Positions 21,136 through 30,660 of a DNA stretch of 64,000 nucleotides are shown here, in pieces. Every line of letters begins with the position of its first letter. Within the stretch, counting starts at the first letter, position 1. This DNA is from Ostreococcus lucimarinus (lineage: Eukaryota): NCBI GenBank assembly GCA_000092065.1, contig CP000585.1; one strand, written 5' to 3'. The translations under genes were made by a program, and so were the position numbers. The notes beneath the pieces were generated by a model that was not told the DNA's origin, searched no databases, and worked only from the letters and a program-made list of their open reading frames with translations.

Positions 21136-24100
21136 ATGGACGTCTCGGTGTTCGCGACGATCGACGCGCGATCGGGCGACGGCGGCGACGCGGGCGCGGC
21201 GACGCGCGCGCTGGCCGTCGTCGATGACCGCGCGGATGCGACGGACGCGCGACGCGCGCGCGGCGTGGCGATGACGCGCGGTGGCGCGCTGTGGAGCATG
21301 ACGCAGGTGTACGCGATGTTGCTCGTCGTCGTCGTCGGGTATAACGCGACGGCGAGCGCGTTTCGGGGACGGCGATTGGATCTGAGCCCGGAGGGGATGA
21401 TGTTGGCGGGCGGCGTCGACCCGGCGACGGTGGCGAGGTATAACGCGACGCACGGCGCGGCCTTTGGGTACGGAGCGAACGCACAGAGAACGAGCGCAGT
21501 CGCGACGCGGTGGCGACACGTGACGCGGTACGCGATTCGAGGTTCGTTCAACGCGGCCGCGGGGGCGGCGGTCGGCGCCGTCTCGCAAAGCGCGCGTTTG
21601 GCGCGAGGAAGCGTGCGATTACTCGTGCCCGCGCTCGAACGCCTGGGGCTTGGCGCGATCGTGGACGCGGTGGCCATTGTGAGCTCGACGGCGACGTCGT
21701 CGGTGAGGAATATGGTGTGGTTGGTGATGTTCGCGTCGACGCCCGTCGTCGATTTCACGCTTTTGCCGCTGTACGATTTCGTCCTCGACGGTCTCGAGCC
21801 GTTGTATCAGACATTCTTCACGGGTACGATGGATTTCTTCGAGGACATGACGTTTAACCTGGAGCAAAATCTTGCGACGGTGCTCGACGCGCGTTTGCTT
21901 TCGGTGATCAGGCGACCGATGCGAATATTCTTGAACCCGTTCAAGTGGCCGAGGGCACTGTATGACGCCTTTATTCGTCCCGCGTACGAGTTTTGCGCCT
22001 ACCCCGAGCTCTTCGACGCGCTAGACGAGCCCGTGCGGCCCATCGTGAAGCGTACGTACGGTGATAGATGTCGAGCCAGCGCGTGGGGGGATTGGACCAA
22101 GTGCAGCATGCAATGCGGTAGCGGTTTCAGAGTGCGCGTAAATCACTGCGGCAAAAAGCAGTACGAGCGATGCGTCGGCGCGGGCGTCGTCGGCTGCGAC
22201 GGCGTGTGCGATAGCGGCTTGCGAACCGACTGCAACGGCATGTGCGGTGGCAAAGCACTTCTCGACAAATGTGCGGTTTGCGGCGGTAACAACGCCGCCA
22301 TCGGCTGCGATGGCAAGTGCTTCAGCGGTATGCGAGAAGATACAGTCGGTAACTGTTGCCACGCGGCGACAATCACCGCGAGCGGCATGTGCGGAGAAGG
22401 CGACAACTTACCCGCGCATCTTAAGGCGGCAGCGGCGGCGGCTCGCGCGAAGGCGACGTCCGCAAAGAAGAATGTCTCCCTAGTGCGGCGGTTCATCAAC
22501 TTCGTGAAAGCGACGCTGCGTTTTGCGTTGAAGGCGGTCCTCGCCGTCCTTCGCGTCGTCGCCTTCGCCATTCGATTTGTTTCGGCGACGGTGACTTTTA
22601 CGCTGCACACTCTATTTTCTTCGGCCAGTCTGAAATTGGTCGGAACGCTCACTGCGTGTTACATGGCGATTGGGGTAGTCGATAAGAAGGCTCAAAAGAA
22701 CGTTGGGCAGTTTATTCGCGAAGTTGTCCCTTTCATGGATGAAGACGCAAAGGACGAGAGTCGAGTCGTCGGCGCATTCTCGAAAGCCCAAGCGGCGAAG
22801 ACGCCCAAGGAAAAGATTGAAGTCTTCGTCAAGGACCTCATTGAGAGCTTTAAGCGCGCGGGCGACGTTCCTGGTTCGATCGCGCACTATCTATCTTGGC
22901 TATGCAAGCGCTTGTACGGCGTAATCGTCGTTGTATCGCCTTTTATTCTGCAATTTCTTCGAGATGCGTCTTACGAAAACGTCGTGAGCGCACGGGCGCA
23001 GATGGCCAAAAAACATGAAGAGGCCGAAAACATTAAACGACAAAACGAAGAGCTTGCGAGGCGAATCGAGCAAGAGGTGCGCGCTGATGAGGAGCGCGAG
23101 AGACTCATGAGCGAAGCGGCAAAGGTGCGAGAAGAAGCCGCCAAAGCTGAACGTGAAGCGGCGGAGCGAGAGCAAGCGCGTCAAGAAGAAATGGCTCGCC
23201 TCACGGAAGCAGAGGCTCAAGCAAAGACGCAATTGGAAGAAGAACGAAAGAGAGCCACCAATATACTAGAACAAGAACGTGCTCAAGCGAAAGCTCGCCT
23301 CGCGGCGGAAGAGGCTCGTTTGAAGGAAGAAGCTGAACGGATCAAGCGAGAAGCGGCCCTGAAACAAGCAGAGCTGGAGCGTGAACGACAAGCGGAGCGA
23401 GAGCGCCTGGTGCGTGAAGAAGCCGAACTCAAGGAGCGTCTCGCTGAAGAGGAAGCGAAAGCGAAATCACATAGATTTGATGAGGAGGAGGCACTCAAAG
23501 TGCGCCTTGCGGAGTTGGAGGAGCGAATGAAGGAGCGCAGTGACGTCATAAAGAGGCTCGAAGCGGCGGATGTCGAAGTCAAGAAAGCCGAAGTCAGTCA
23601 GATGACGAATAGGGCTACTTCAGCTGCAGTACGTTTGGAGACGGCCGAGAACGAATTAGACAGCATGGCCAAACGCATAATCACGTTTGAGAAGGCGAAC
23701 ATGGGTAAAAAGTACGCACTCCAAAGCAAGCGCGCCATGGCAGACGCCAAGGAATACTGCGGGCTGCTTTCTGACTTTTTTGTGAGGAACGACGAACACC
23801 TTAAAGCGGAAGAAGAACTATCGATAATCACGAAATACCGAGACTTATCGAACGACGCGCCGGCTGCCCTCGTGGCCCGCTTAGAGGACGTCTCCGAGGT
23901 TCCCATCGCGATTTCGAAGCGGTTCAACTTTTTGCTCAAATACCGTGCTCGACGCAACGCCATCATCGTCTTGTCGAAACTTTCGGCGAGGCATCCTGAG
24001 GATGCGGTCAGACGCAAGTGCTTCGCCGCGTTGAACAAAATCACGCGGTCGTCGACGTTTGGTCTTATCGTCTCGGCGCGTTGTGCAGCGCTTCCAAACG

Positions 24101-24627
24101 CTCTAATGGCGATGGTGGAATGGGCGAGCTTGGGCGAAGAACGTATAACGGAGGACAACGCGCCGTGGGAGGCTATGGAACTTGTTCATAATCTCGTCTC
24201 CAGTCGACGCATGAAGCGCTCGGAAGTTCTTAGGCGCCATCTCGCCGGTGGGCTCTTCGGTCGCTGCATCTTGGCCGTGGTTAAACTCGTTCCACACATT
24301 CCCAGTTTTCAAGGAATGATCTTGGGAACGCTTTGGCAGCTCATGCGTGCCTCTGGTTACGATGCGACGCTGCAAAACGCCCTCGTCGCTGACGGCATCA
24401 TCCGCCACATCCTGGACTGCAAATCGTACGCCAAACAAAACAGTGAAGTCGCGCGCGTCTTCTGCGGCTGCGCTCTCGCGCTCGCCATGAACAACGAGCC
24501 GGTGCAAAAGCAAATGTTTGACAAAAAGTGGCCCGCGCGCATCGTCAAAATTTTAAGCCTTCACCAGGCGATCGATTACAAAGGCGAGTTCACCACGCTC
24601 AACGACTGGCTGTCGTCGAATGCGTAG
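21136..24627 (+). CDS. Large (1,163 aa) membrane-associated protein with a thrombospondin type 1 repeat, Cys-rich CxxCGG modules, transmembrane helices, a Glu/Arg/Lys-rich charged coiled-coil region and a C-terminal armadillo-like region
   Basis: ATG verified at 21136. The TSP1 signature is WGDWTKCSMQCGSGFRVRVNHCG. Cys-rich repeats are CDGVCDSG...CNGMCGG...CAVCGGNN...CDGKCFSG. Hydrophobic stretches include LKAVLAVLRVVAFAIRFVSATVTFTLHTLF. The charged region reads EEARLKEEAERIKREAALKQAELERERQAERERL. Confidence 0.7.
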   Translation: MDVSVFATIDARSGDGGDAGAATRALAVVDDRADATDARRARGVAMTRGGALWSMTQVYAMLLVVVVGYNATASAFRGRRLDLSPEGMMLAGGVDPATVARYNATHGAAFGYGANAQRTSAVATRWRHVTRYAIRGSFNAAAGAAVGAVSQSARLARGSVRLLVPALERLGLGAIVDAVAIVSSTATSSVRNMVWLVMFASTPVVDFTLLPLYDFVLDGLEPLYQTFFTGTMDFFEDMTFNLEQNLATVLDARLLSVIRRPMRIFLNPFKWPRALYDAFIRPAYEFCAYPELFDALDEPVRPIVKRTYGDRCRASAWGDWTKCSMQCGSGFRVRVNHCGKKQYERCVGAGVVGCDGVCDSGLRTDCNGMCGGKALLDKCAVCGGNNAAIGCDGKCFSGMREDTVGNCCHAATITASGMCGEGDNLPAHLKAAAAAARAKATSAKKNVSLVRRFINFVKATLRFALKAVLAVLRVVAFAIRFVSATVTFTLHTLFSSASLKLVGTLTACYMAIGVVDKKAQKNVGQFIREVVPFMDEDAKDESRVVGAFSKAQAAKTPKEKIEVFVKDLIESFKRAGDVPGSIAHYLSWLCKRLYGVIVVVSPFILQFLRDASYENVVSARAQMAKKHEEAENIKRQNEELARRIEQEVRADEERERLMSEAAKVREEAAKAEREAAEREQARQEEMARLTEAEAQAKTQLEEERKRATNILEQERAQAKARLAAEEARLKEEAERIKREAALKQAELERERQAERERLVREEAELKERLAEEEAKAKSHRFDEEEALKVRLAELEERMKERSDVIKRLEAADVEVKKAEVSQMTNRATSAAVRLETAENELDSMAKRIITFEKANMGKKYALQSKRAMADAKEYCGLLSDFFVRNDEHLKAEEELSIITKYRDLSNDAPAALVARLEDVSEVPIAISKRFNFLLKYRARRNAIIVLSKLSARHPEDAVRRKCFAALNKITRSSTFGLIVSARCAALPNALMAMVEWASLGEERITEDNAPWEAMELVHNLVSSRRMKRSEVLRRHLAGGLFGRCILAVVKLVPHIPSFQGMILGTLWQLMRASGYDATLQNALVADGIIRHILDCKSYAKQNSEVARVFCGCALALAMNNEPVQKQMFDKKWPARIVKILSLHQAIDYKGEFTTLNDWLSSNA

Positions 24628-24659
24628 GCACGCATAGCATCGCGCGACGCGTCATCTCA

Positions 24660-24664
24660 TGTAA
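24660..24664 (+). terminator. TGTAA putative polyadenylation signal 33 nt downstream of the TSP1-gene stop
   Basis: TGTAA is the polyadenylation signal used by chlorophyte algae. It is positioned just after the stop at 24625-24627. Confidence 0.4.
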
Positions 24665-24805
24665 ATTAATCACGAAATCGTGCCCCTGACGAGCTCGACG
24701 ACTAGCTCGCGCGAGCGCTCCCGCGCGGCGCGCCACTGAACCGTACTTCCACGCGCGCGGCGCCGTCCACCCGTCGCCGTCGCGAAGTCTCGAGTCGCGT
24801 GTTAC

Positions 24806-26482
24806 ATGCCACTCGAGCGCGGCGACGTCGGCGACGCGATGGTGCGCGCGCCCGCGGTGCCGGCGTCGTCCTCGCCCCGCGCCGACGCTTCGGCTTCGTC
24901 ATCTTTCGTTGACGTTCGTGAGGACGTCTCGCGAGACGATACCGATGCCGTTCGCGCGCCGAGCTCGCCCGCGCGTAGCGGGAGTAAATTGTGGGGCATC
25001 GCTCGCGCGCGGGTTCGAGACGACGCGGATGTCGCGAGAGGACGCGTCCGGGACGCGCTGCGGGACGGCGAGGACGCCGCCGCGGCGAACAAACCCGCGC
25101 GACGAGGACGTCGACGGATGAGCACGGAGTATGAAAATTATTTGCGACCGATCTTAGATAGAATGCCGGTGAAGCCAGAGCGCGTGAGTGCGGTGAATGG
25201 GCCGTTGATGAACGTCACGAGGATTGACGACAAGACGCTCGACGTAAAGATGACGACGTCGTTTCGAGCGCACTTTGGAGAATCGTTACCGAGTATTGGT
25301 CGACGCTCGTTGGCGCTTCCAGAGAGCGAAGGCGATGGGCAGAAAATCGTTGCGATCGGAAACAGCGGATGGATCGATCAAAACGCGGGCGGTGTGCAGA
25401 TTTCGGAGTTGGACTCGGGAGACTTCGTGCCGGGACGCGGGGGGCGGTATTCGGTCATGACGCCGGAGGATAGCTGGGGTGCGACCGAGCTTCGCGCGCC
25501 TTCACCCGCTATTGGATGGTACGATGATAATGAAACAACGAGTGATTCGCTTCAAACGGAGTTTCTGATCGACCCCGAGGACGTGCGATTGCAGGAGCGC
25601 ATCGCCGTCGGCGGTTTTGCCGAGGTGTTCAGAGGCACGTGGCAAGGGACCGTGGTTGCCGTGAAGCAGCTTTTAGAGCGCTCGAGCGAGGTAAAGACGA
25701 CGTTAGAAAGGGAGGTTGAGGTGTTGGCTAAGTTACGTCACCCAAACTTATTGCTGTTCATGGGATATTGCGTCGAGCCGCCGTTGATTTGCACGGAGTT
25801 TATGCGACGTGGATCGTTGCACACAATTTTAAAGTCAGGAAACGTGTTAGAACCGGCGAGGAACCATGCGGTCGCCATCGCAGTCGCGCGTGGGATGTCG
25901 TACTTGCATTCGCGATCTCCACCAATACTACATTTGGATCTGAAGAGTCCGAATATTTTGGTGGACGAGAAGTGGCGCGTGAAAATCGCTGACTTTGGCC
26001 TCGCGCGCATGCGCCAAACGACACAAGTCAGCGCGAAGAGCGAGTTTCACGGCACGCCAGAGTGGATGGCCCCAGAGATGCTGCGTGCTGAAGACTTCGA
26101 CGAACGTGCGGACTCGTACTCGTTCGGCGTCGTTTTGTGGGAACTTCTCACGGCGCGAAAACCGTGGATGGATTTACACCCGATGCAAATCGTCGCCGTC
26201 GTCGGTTACTCCGAACGCAAGCTCGAACTTCCACCCGAGGGCGTACCCGCCGCCGATCACGACTTCACCATCCTCCTCTCTGATCTCTTCCGCGCGTGTG
26301 CTCAAAAAGATCCGACAAATCGTCCGCTCTTCCCCGCCATTCTCGACGCTTTGGAAACCGCTCGCAAGCGCGTCGCCGCCGACGGCGCGAGCGCCGCCGC
26401 CGCCGCCGCTCCCAACCCGTCCGAGCGTTTGGGCGTCCAATTAGAAATCTTAGACCTAGCCAAAGACCGCGCGAGCGGCTGA
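24806..26482 (+). CDS. Raf-like (EDR1/CTR1-type, TKL) MAPKKK-family protein kinase with a long low-complexity N-terminal region
   Basis: ATG verified at 24806. Kinase motifs are IAVGGFAEVFRGTWQGTVVAVKQL, HLDLKSPNILVDEKWRVKIADFGLARM, GTPEWMAPE and SFGVVLWELLT. The N-terminal ~100 aa are Ala/Arg/Asp-rich, so the start could be a later Met. Confidence 0.85.
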   Translation: MPLERGDVGDAMVRAPAVPASSSPRADASASSSFVDVREDVSRDDTDAVRAPSSPARSGSKLWGIARARVRDDADVARGRVRDALRDGEDAAAANKPARRGRRRMSTEYENYLRPILDRMPVKPERVSAVNGPLMNVTRIDDKTLDVKMTTSFRAHFGESLPSIGRRSLALPESEGDGQKIVAIGNSGWIDQNAGGVQISELDSGDFVPGRGGRYSVMTPEDSWGATELRAPSPAIGWYDDNETTSDSLQTEFLIDPEDVRLQERIAVGGFAEVFRGTWQGTVVAVKQLLERSSEVKTTLEREVEVLAKLRHPNLLLFMGYCVEPPLICTEFMRRGSLHTILKSGNVLEPARNHAVAIAVARGMSYLHSRSPPILHLDLKSPNILVDEKWRVKIADFGLARMRQTTQVSAKSEFHGTPEWMAPEMLRAEDFDERADSYSFGVVLWELLTARKPWMDLHPMQIVAVVGYSERKLELPPEGVPAADHDFTILLSDLFRACAQKDPTNRPLFPAILDALETARKRVAADGASAAAAAAPNPSERLGVQLEILDLAKDRASG

Positions 26483-26659
26483 CCGCGCGATCGTGTCAGA
26501 ACAAAAGTTCCTTCCTCGTCGTTCCCGCGCGCCGCCTCGCAAGTTCTGAAGCACCTCTGGAAAAGTGAACGTTTTCGATGACGCGCATTCTCGTCATCGC
26601 GCGTCGCACGCGAGCGCGCGCGCGCGCCGTCGGCATGTCGGGAAACGAGCGCACGAGAG

Positions 26660-28384
26660 ATGAATCAACGTTCCTCGCCGGTGCGCGCGACGAACGCGAC
26701 GAACGCGACGCGTCGAGCGATGAATTCGCGCGCAATTAAACGTGTGACGACGACGACTGACGACGACGGAAACGACGCGGAAACGACAGACACGACGCCC
26801 GTGTACGCGACGTTCGCGGAAGACGTGACCGGGTTCTTCGGAAAGTGGAACTTGCAGCCGAACGCGCCGCGGTCGAAACGACTCGGGTCGCCCGCGCGCG
26901 ACGGCGGCCGCGGCGGCTCGGGACGCGCGGTCGGGACGTCTTCGCCGCCGCCGCGCGAACCGAAGTGGACGGACGAAACGGATGAGGACGATGAATATTT
27001 ATTTAGTGATCACGACGCGGTGACGCCGGCGGCGAAACGGCGAGTGGTGTCGTTCGAGAGGGTGAGGAGCGTGCCGGGGGCGCGCGCGGCGCGCGGCGCG
27101 GGGAACGCGGCCAAGTTGGCGGCGAAAAGTTTTAAGCGGTTCACGAGTCGGGCGGCGCGAGGCATGGTCGGGGTTCTGAGCGATCGCTCGAGCGTGTTCG
27201 ACTTTAAGATGTTTAAGCTCTTCACGTTCGTGTTGAACGTGACGCTGAGCACGTTTGAGATCCCAAGGCAGTTGATTTTGATTCCTCTCATCGTGGGCAG
27301 TCGATTGGCAATGGTGCCGGAGTGGCTGCTGAGCGCGTTCGAGTATGATTCGTGGGAGATGCCGAGAGCGAAAAAGAAACGCCCCAAGTTAAGCACCGAT
27401 TTTAAGTTCCCGACGCTTCGTTGGAATGCTTTGAAGACGTGGGAGAACGCGATGCAAGCGGGGAGAGAGAGTTTACGCCGCGTCGAGTCGCAAGTGCGCA
27501 CCGAGCCGGGTGAGACGCCGGAGATGAGAGCGGTGATTGATAAACTTATCGAGGAAGGTTTGGCGTACGACAAGGCGTGCGATAGCCAGAAGTCGCAGGC
27601 TGCGTTTGAGCGCGCGCTCGAGCTAAGACCGAAAGATCCGGTCGTGATGATTTCTTTGAGTAAGGAACTCAGCGACCGCGTCTTTGATCACGAAATTTTC
27701 CACAACAAGCCGCAGGCGAGACAGCTTGCGTCGAGAGCCGCTGATTTAGCATCGGAGGCGATCGAACTCGCACCTGAGAACGCACAGTGCTACATCGCGC
27801 TGGCCGTGGCGAACGCGCGGTTGAGCATGTTCAGCGACGCGCGGCAAAAGGTGGAACTCACGCACTCGATTAAAGGAAATTTAATGAAGGCGTTGGAAAT
27901 CGAGCCCGAGAGCGATTACGCCTATCACGTGCTGGCCAGATTCGAGCACACCATGGCGCACATCGGTGGATTGATGCGGTATTTAATCAAGACAATATAC
28001 GGCGCCATCGAACCGGCGACGATCGAGCGGGCTGAGGAGTACTTCAGGCGAGCGATTGAAATCAATCCAAAGCGCCTGATTCACGGCGTTGAGCTCGCCA
28101 AGCTTCTGTACGAAACGAAGCGATATGACGAGTGCAAAGAATTGTTGGTGCCATCGATCGAGCTAGAAATCGAAGACATCAACAGCGTGCGGACGAAGAA
28201 GGACGGCGAAGCGTTACTTAAGAAGTTGACCAACAAACTCAACAGGACGCCGAGTCGTCTCTCGATGTCTCGCACACCGTCCAAGCATCGTCTTCCGCGT
28301 ACCTCGTCCTCGTCGCACACTCCGATGTCGCCGTTGACACCGATCTCACGCAATAACTCCAAGGGCAGCGGGCTCTTTGATTAG
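26660..28384 (+). CDS. TPR-like repeat protein with an N-terminal hydrophobic anchor (architecture reminiscent of RMDN/FAM82-type proteins)
   Basis: ATG verified. The C-terminal half has TPR-like helical repeats (AAFERALELRPKDP..., AYHVLARFEHTMAHIGGLMRYL..., EEYFRRAIEINPKRL...). A hydrophobic segment LFTFVLNVTLSTFEIPRQLILIPLIVG is present. The family assignment is tentative. Confidence 0.55.
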   Translation: MNQRSSPVRATNATNATRRAMNSRAIKRVTTTTDDDGNDAETTDTTPVYATFAEDVTGFFGKWNLQPNAPRSKRLGSPARDGGRGGSGRAVGTSSPPPREPKWTDETDEDDEYLFSDHDAVTPAAKRRVVSFERVRSVPGARAARGAGNAAKLAAKSFKRFTSRAARGMVGVLSDRSSVFDFKMFKLFTFVLNVTLSTFEIPRQLILIPLIVGSRLAMVPEWLLSAFEYDSWEMPRAKKKRPKLSTDFKFPTLRWNALKTWENAMQAGRESLRRVESQVRTEPGETPEMRAVIDKLIEEGLAYDKACDSQKSQAAFERALELRPKDPVVMISLSKELSDRVFDHEIFHNKPQARQLASRAADLASEAIELAPENAQCYIALAVANARLSMFSDARQKVELTHSIKGNLMKALEIEPESDYAYHVLARFEHTMAHIGGLMRYLIKTIYGAIEPATIERAEEYFRRAIEINPKRLIHGVELAKLLYETKRYDECKELLVPSIELEIEDINSVRTKKDGEALLKKLTNKLNRTPSRLSMSRTPSKHRLPRTSSSSHTPMSPLTPISRNNSKGSGLFD

Positions 28385-28517
28385 ACCTATTATCGCCGAC
28401 GGTGAACCCAGCGAGGCGTATGTAATAAAGCACCGACTAGTGAGCAGCATCAGACAAACAGAATCCACTTTCTTCAGACACCAGCGCGCATCGCGTCGCG
28501 TCGCGCGAATCGTCGCC

Positions 28518-30497
28518 ATGGCGCCGAAGAAAAAGTCTGCGCACATCGCCCGCATGGCGGCCAGCGCGCAGAAGCGCGAGCGCGGTGACGTTTTGAGCGG
28601 CATTCGCGCCGCCGCCGAGGAACACGCCGCGGAAGACGGACGCGTGGACGCGCGACGAGGCATGGCGACGACCGTGTTCACGGTCGAGAGTCTCGGGTTA
28701 AAGTCGACGAAGACGCGGGCGAGCGAGAAGAAGCGCGGGATCGGTAGCGGCGGAGCACACCGAAGAGGGGTGACGACGGTGCTCGCGGCGGAGGCGAGCT
28801 ACGACGTGGAGCGACGCGTTCGAGACGGCCGACGACCGTTGATGAGCGAGCCGAGAGGGTACGACGAACGAACGCCGGACATGTTTCAAGACGACGCACG
28901 GTCGTTGAGGTTGATGCCGGCGCGGCCGAAATGGGATTATGAATTGAAAAGAGGACGGTTGCACGCGAGAGAACGAAAGGCGTTCGTGAAGTGGTTGCGA
29001 TCAGCAAAGGAGGCGATGATCGAGGCTGGGGGGTACGCACCCGCGTTTGAGCAAAACATAGAGGTTTGGAGACAGTTGTGGCGGGTGTTAGAGCGCTCAG
29101 ATGTGGCTGTGGTGGTCGTCGACGCGAGGAATCCGATGTTGCATTTGCCGCCAGCGTTGTATGCGCACGTGACGCGGCGATTGTGCAAACCTCTCGTCGT
29201 GGTGTTAAACAAGACGGATGCGGTACCGATGCGTGCGATCGATGAATGGGCTGCACATCTTATGGCGTCTTTGCCGGGAATCGACGCAGTTGTCGGTTTT
29301 TCTTCCCGCGACGAAGCACCCGAGGACGAACGGTTTTGGGATCGCAAGGACAAAAATCACGAGGAGCGAGACAACGCGTCAGTGCGCATGCACCGTCAAT
29401 CGAGTATTCCCATCGGACGCGACGCGTTACTGCGCGTGTGTCAAGAGCTCGCGCGTTCGGGCAAACGTTTCGACGCGGCGATGGAAGACACGATGGAAGA
29501 CGAACATGATGGAAACGACGACGGCGAAGAAGAAGGGGAAGAAGAGGAAGAAGAAGAAGAGGTGGACGAAGAGGGCGAAGCGTACGTGCGGCAGGCGTTG
29601 AATCAAGAGCGCGAGGAAGCAGAACGAGTGAAAGCTGAAGGCCGAATAATGATAGGACTCGTCGGGCACCCCAACGTGGGTAAGTCTTCGATGGTAAACT
29701 CTATTCTTCGACGTAAAGCGGTGAGCGTGAAGGCGACGCCGGGACACACGAAGACATTGCAGACGCTCATTTTGGACGATCACACGTGCTTGTGCGATTC
29801 TCCTGGCCTAGTATTTCCCCGCATCGATATTTCTCCCGCGGAGCAAATCATCGGCAATCTCATTCCTCTTCCAGTCGTCCGCGAGCCATTCAGCGCTATT
29901 CGTTGGATCGCCGAAGCAAAGCTCGTCGGTGCGGAGCGGTGGCAAGCGATTCAGCGCAAGTTCAGTGGGTCAAGTGATGGTAAGCTCGCGGCATCGCTCG
30001 CCGCGCCTATTACGAGCGTGCTGAAAGTTCGACCATCGAAGGAGTTCGATCCTGAGACGCTCGAGTTGCTGAACAACGAAGATTTGACAAACGACGAATT
30101 GCCGTGGTCGCCGCTCTCGCTGTGTCAAGCGTATGGCAAGATGCGAGGATTCGTGAAAACGCGCGGCGTCGACGTCCAACGCGCGGGGCAAGTCATTCTG
30201 AGCATGGTTTACGACGGCAAGATTCCGTACGCGATTCCGCCGCCGACCGGCGCGCCTGTGATGCGTTCGAAGGCGGATGTCGTCCAAATCGAAGAAGACA
30301 ACTTAACCGACGACGAGTCGGATGACGACGAAGTCAACGTCGTACGCTCTGGGTTCTCCGCGCTCGCCATGGATTCGGACGAAGAGACAGCGGCTCAGCA
30401 GTACGCTTACAGCTCGGACGAGGACACGAGAGGGACATTCATTTTGAGCCCTGAAGATCTCAAGGAATCCAAACGAGGCCAGCGCGGTAAAAAGTAA
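28518..30497 (+). CDS. LSG1: Large-subunit GTPase 1 (Lsg1/GNL1-like, circularly permuted YlqF/YawG GTPase)
   Basis: The start is taken at the ATG at 28518 (MAPKKKSAH, Lsg1-like), because the track start at 28377 is non-ATG and overlaps the upstream gene. Motifs appear in the permuted order G4 VVLNKTDAV, then G1 GHPNVGKSS, then G3 DSPGLVFP. The conserved segment is FEQNIEVWRQLWRVLERSDVAVVVVDARNP. An acidic (GAA)n-encoded poly-E insert is present. Confidence 0.85.
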   Translation: MAPKKKSAHIARMAASAQKRERGDVLSGIRAAAEEHAAEDGRVDARRGMATTVFTVESLGLKSTKTRASEKKRGIGSGGAHRRGVTTVLAAEASYDVERRVRDGRRPLMSEPRGYDERTPDMFQDDARSLRLMPARPKWDYELKRGRLHARERKAFVKWLRSAKEAMIEAGGYAPAFEQNIEVWRQLWRVLERSDVAVVVVDARNPMLHLPPALYAHVTRRLCKPLVVVLNKTDAVPMRAIDEWAAHLMASLPGIDAVVGFSSRDEAPEDERFWDRKDKNHEERDNASVRMHRQSSIPIGRDALLRVCQELARSGKRFDAAMEDTMEDEHDGNDDGEEEGEEEEEEEEVDEEGEAYVRQALNQEREEAERVKAEGRIMIGLVGHPNVGKSSMVNSILRRKAVSVKATPGHTKTLQTLILDDHTCLCDSPGLVFPRIDISPAEQIIGNLIPLPVVREPFSAIRWIAEAKLVGAERWQAIQRKFSGSSDGKLAASLAAPITSVLKVRPSKEFDPETLELLNNEDLTNDELPWSPLSLCQAYGKMRGFVKTRGVDVQRAGQVILSMVYDGKIPYAIPPPTGAPVMRSKADVVQIEEDNLTDDESDDDEVNVVRSGFSALAMDSDEETAAQQYAYSSDEDTRGTFILSPEDLKESKRGQRGKK

Positions 30498-30581
30498 AAT
30501 TCATTCATTGACGTTAAAAATGTCACGGAAATCGGCGCGCTCGTGATTAGCTATGGTGTTCGATGGTTGTGAAACAATGTT

Positions 30582-30660
30582 TGTAACGTTTAAGATTGTG
30601 TAAACGTGTAAAGAATGAATTCATTCATCGTCGATTTGTAAACGTTTAAAGAATGTGTAA
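30582..30660 (+). terminator. Cluster of five TGTAA motifs (3' end region of LSG1, overlapping the 3' end of the convergent downstream gene)
   Basis: TGTAA occurs at 30582, 30599, 30607, 30637 and 30656, within direct repeats gtaaacgtgtaaagaatg and gtaaacgtttaaagaatgtgtaaaag. This is an AT-richer island. Confidence 0.4.

Noticed and set aside
28377-28517. Track start of LSG1 at 28377 (MIRPIIADGE...) overlapping the upstream gene's stop
   Set aside because: That start is a non-ATG codon. The ATG at 28518 gives MAPKKK..., matching the Lsg1 N-terminus, and removes the overlap.
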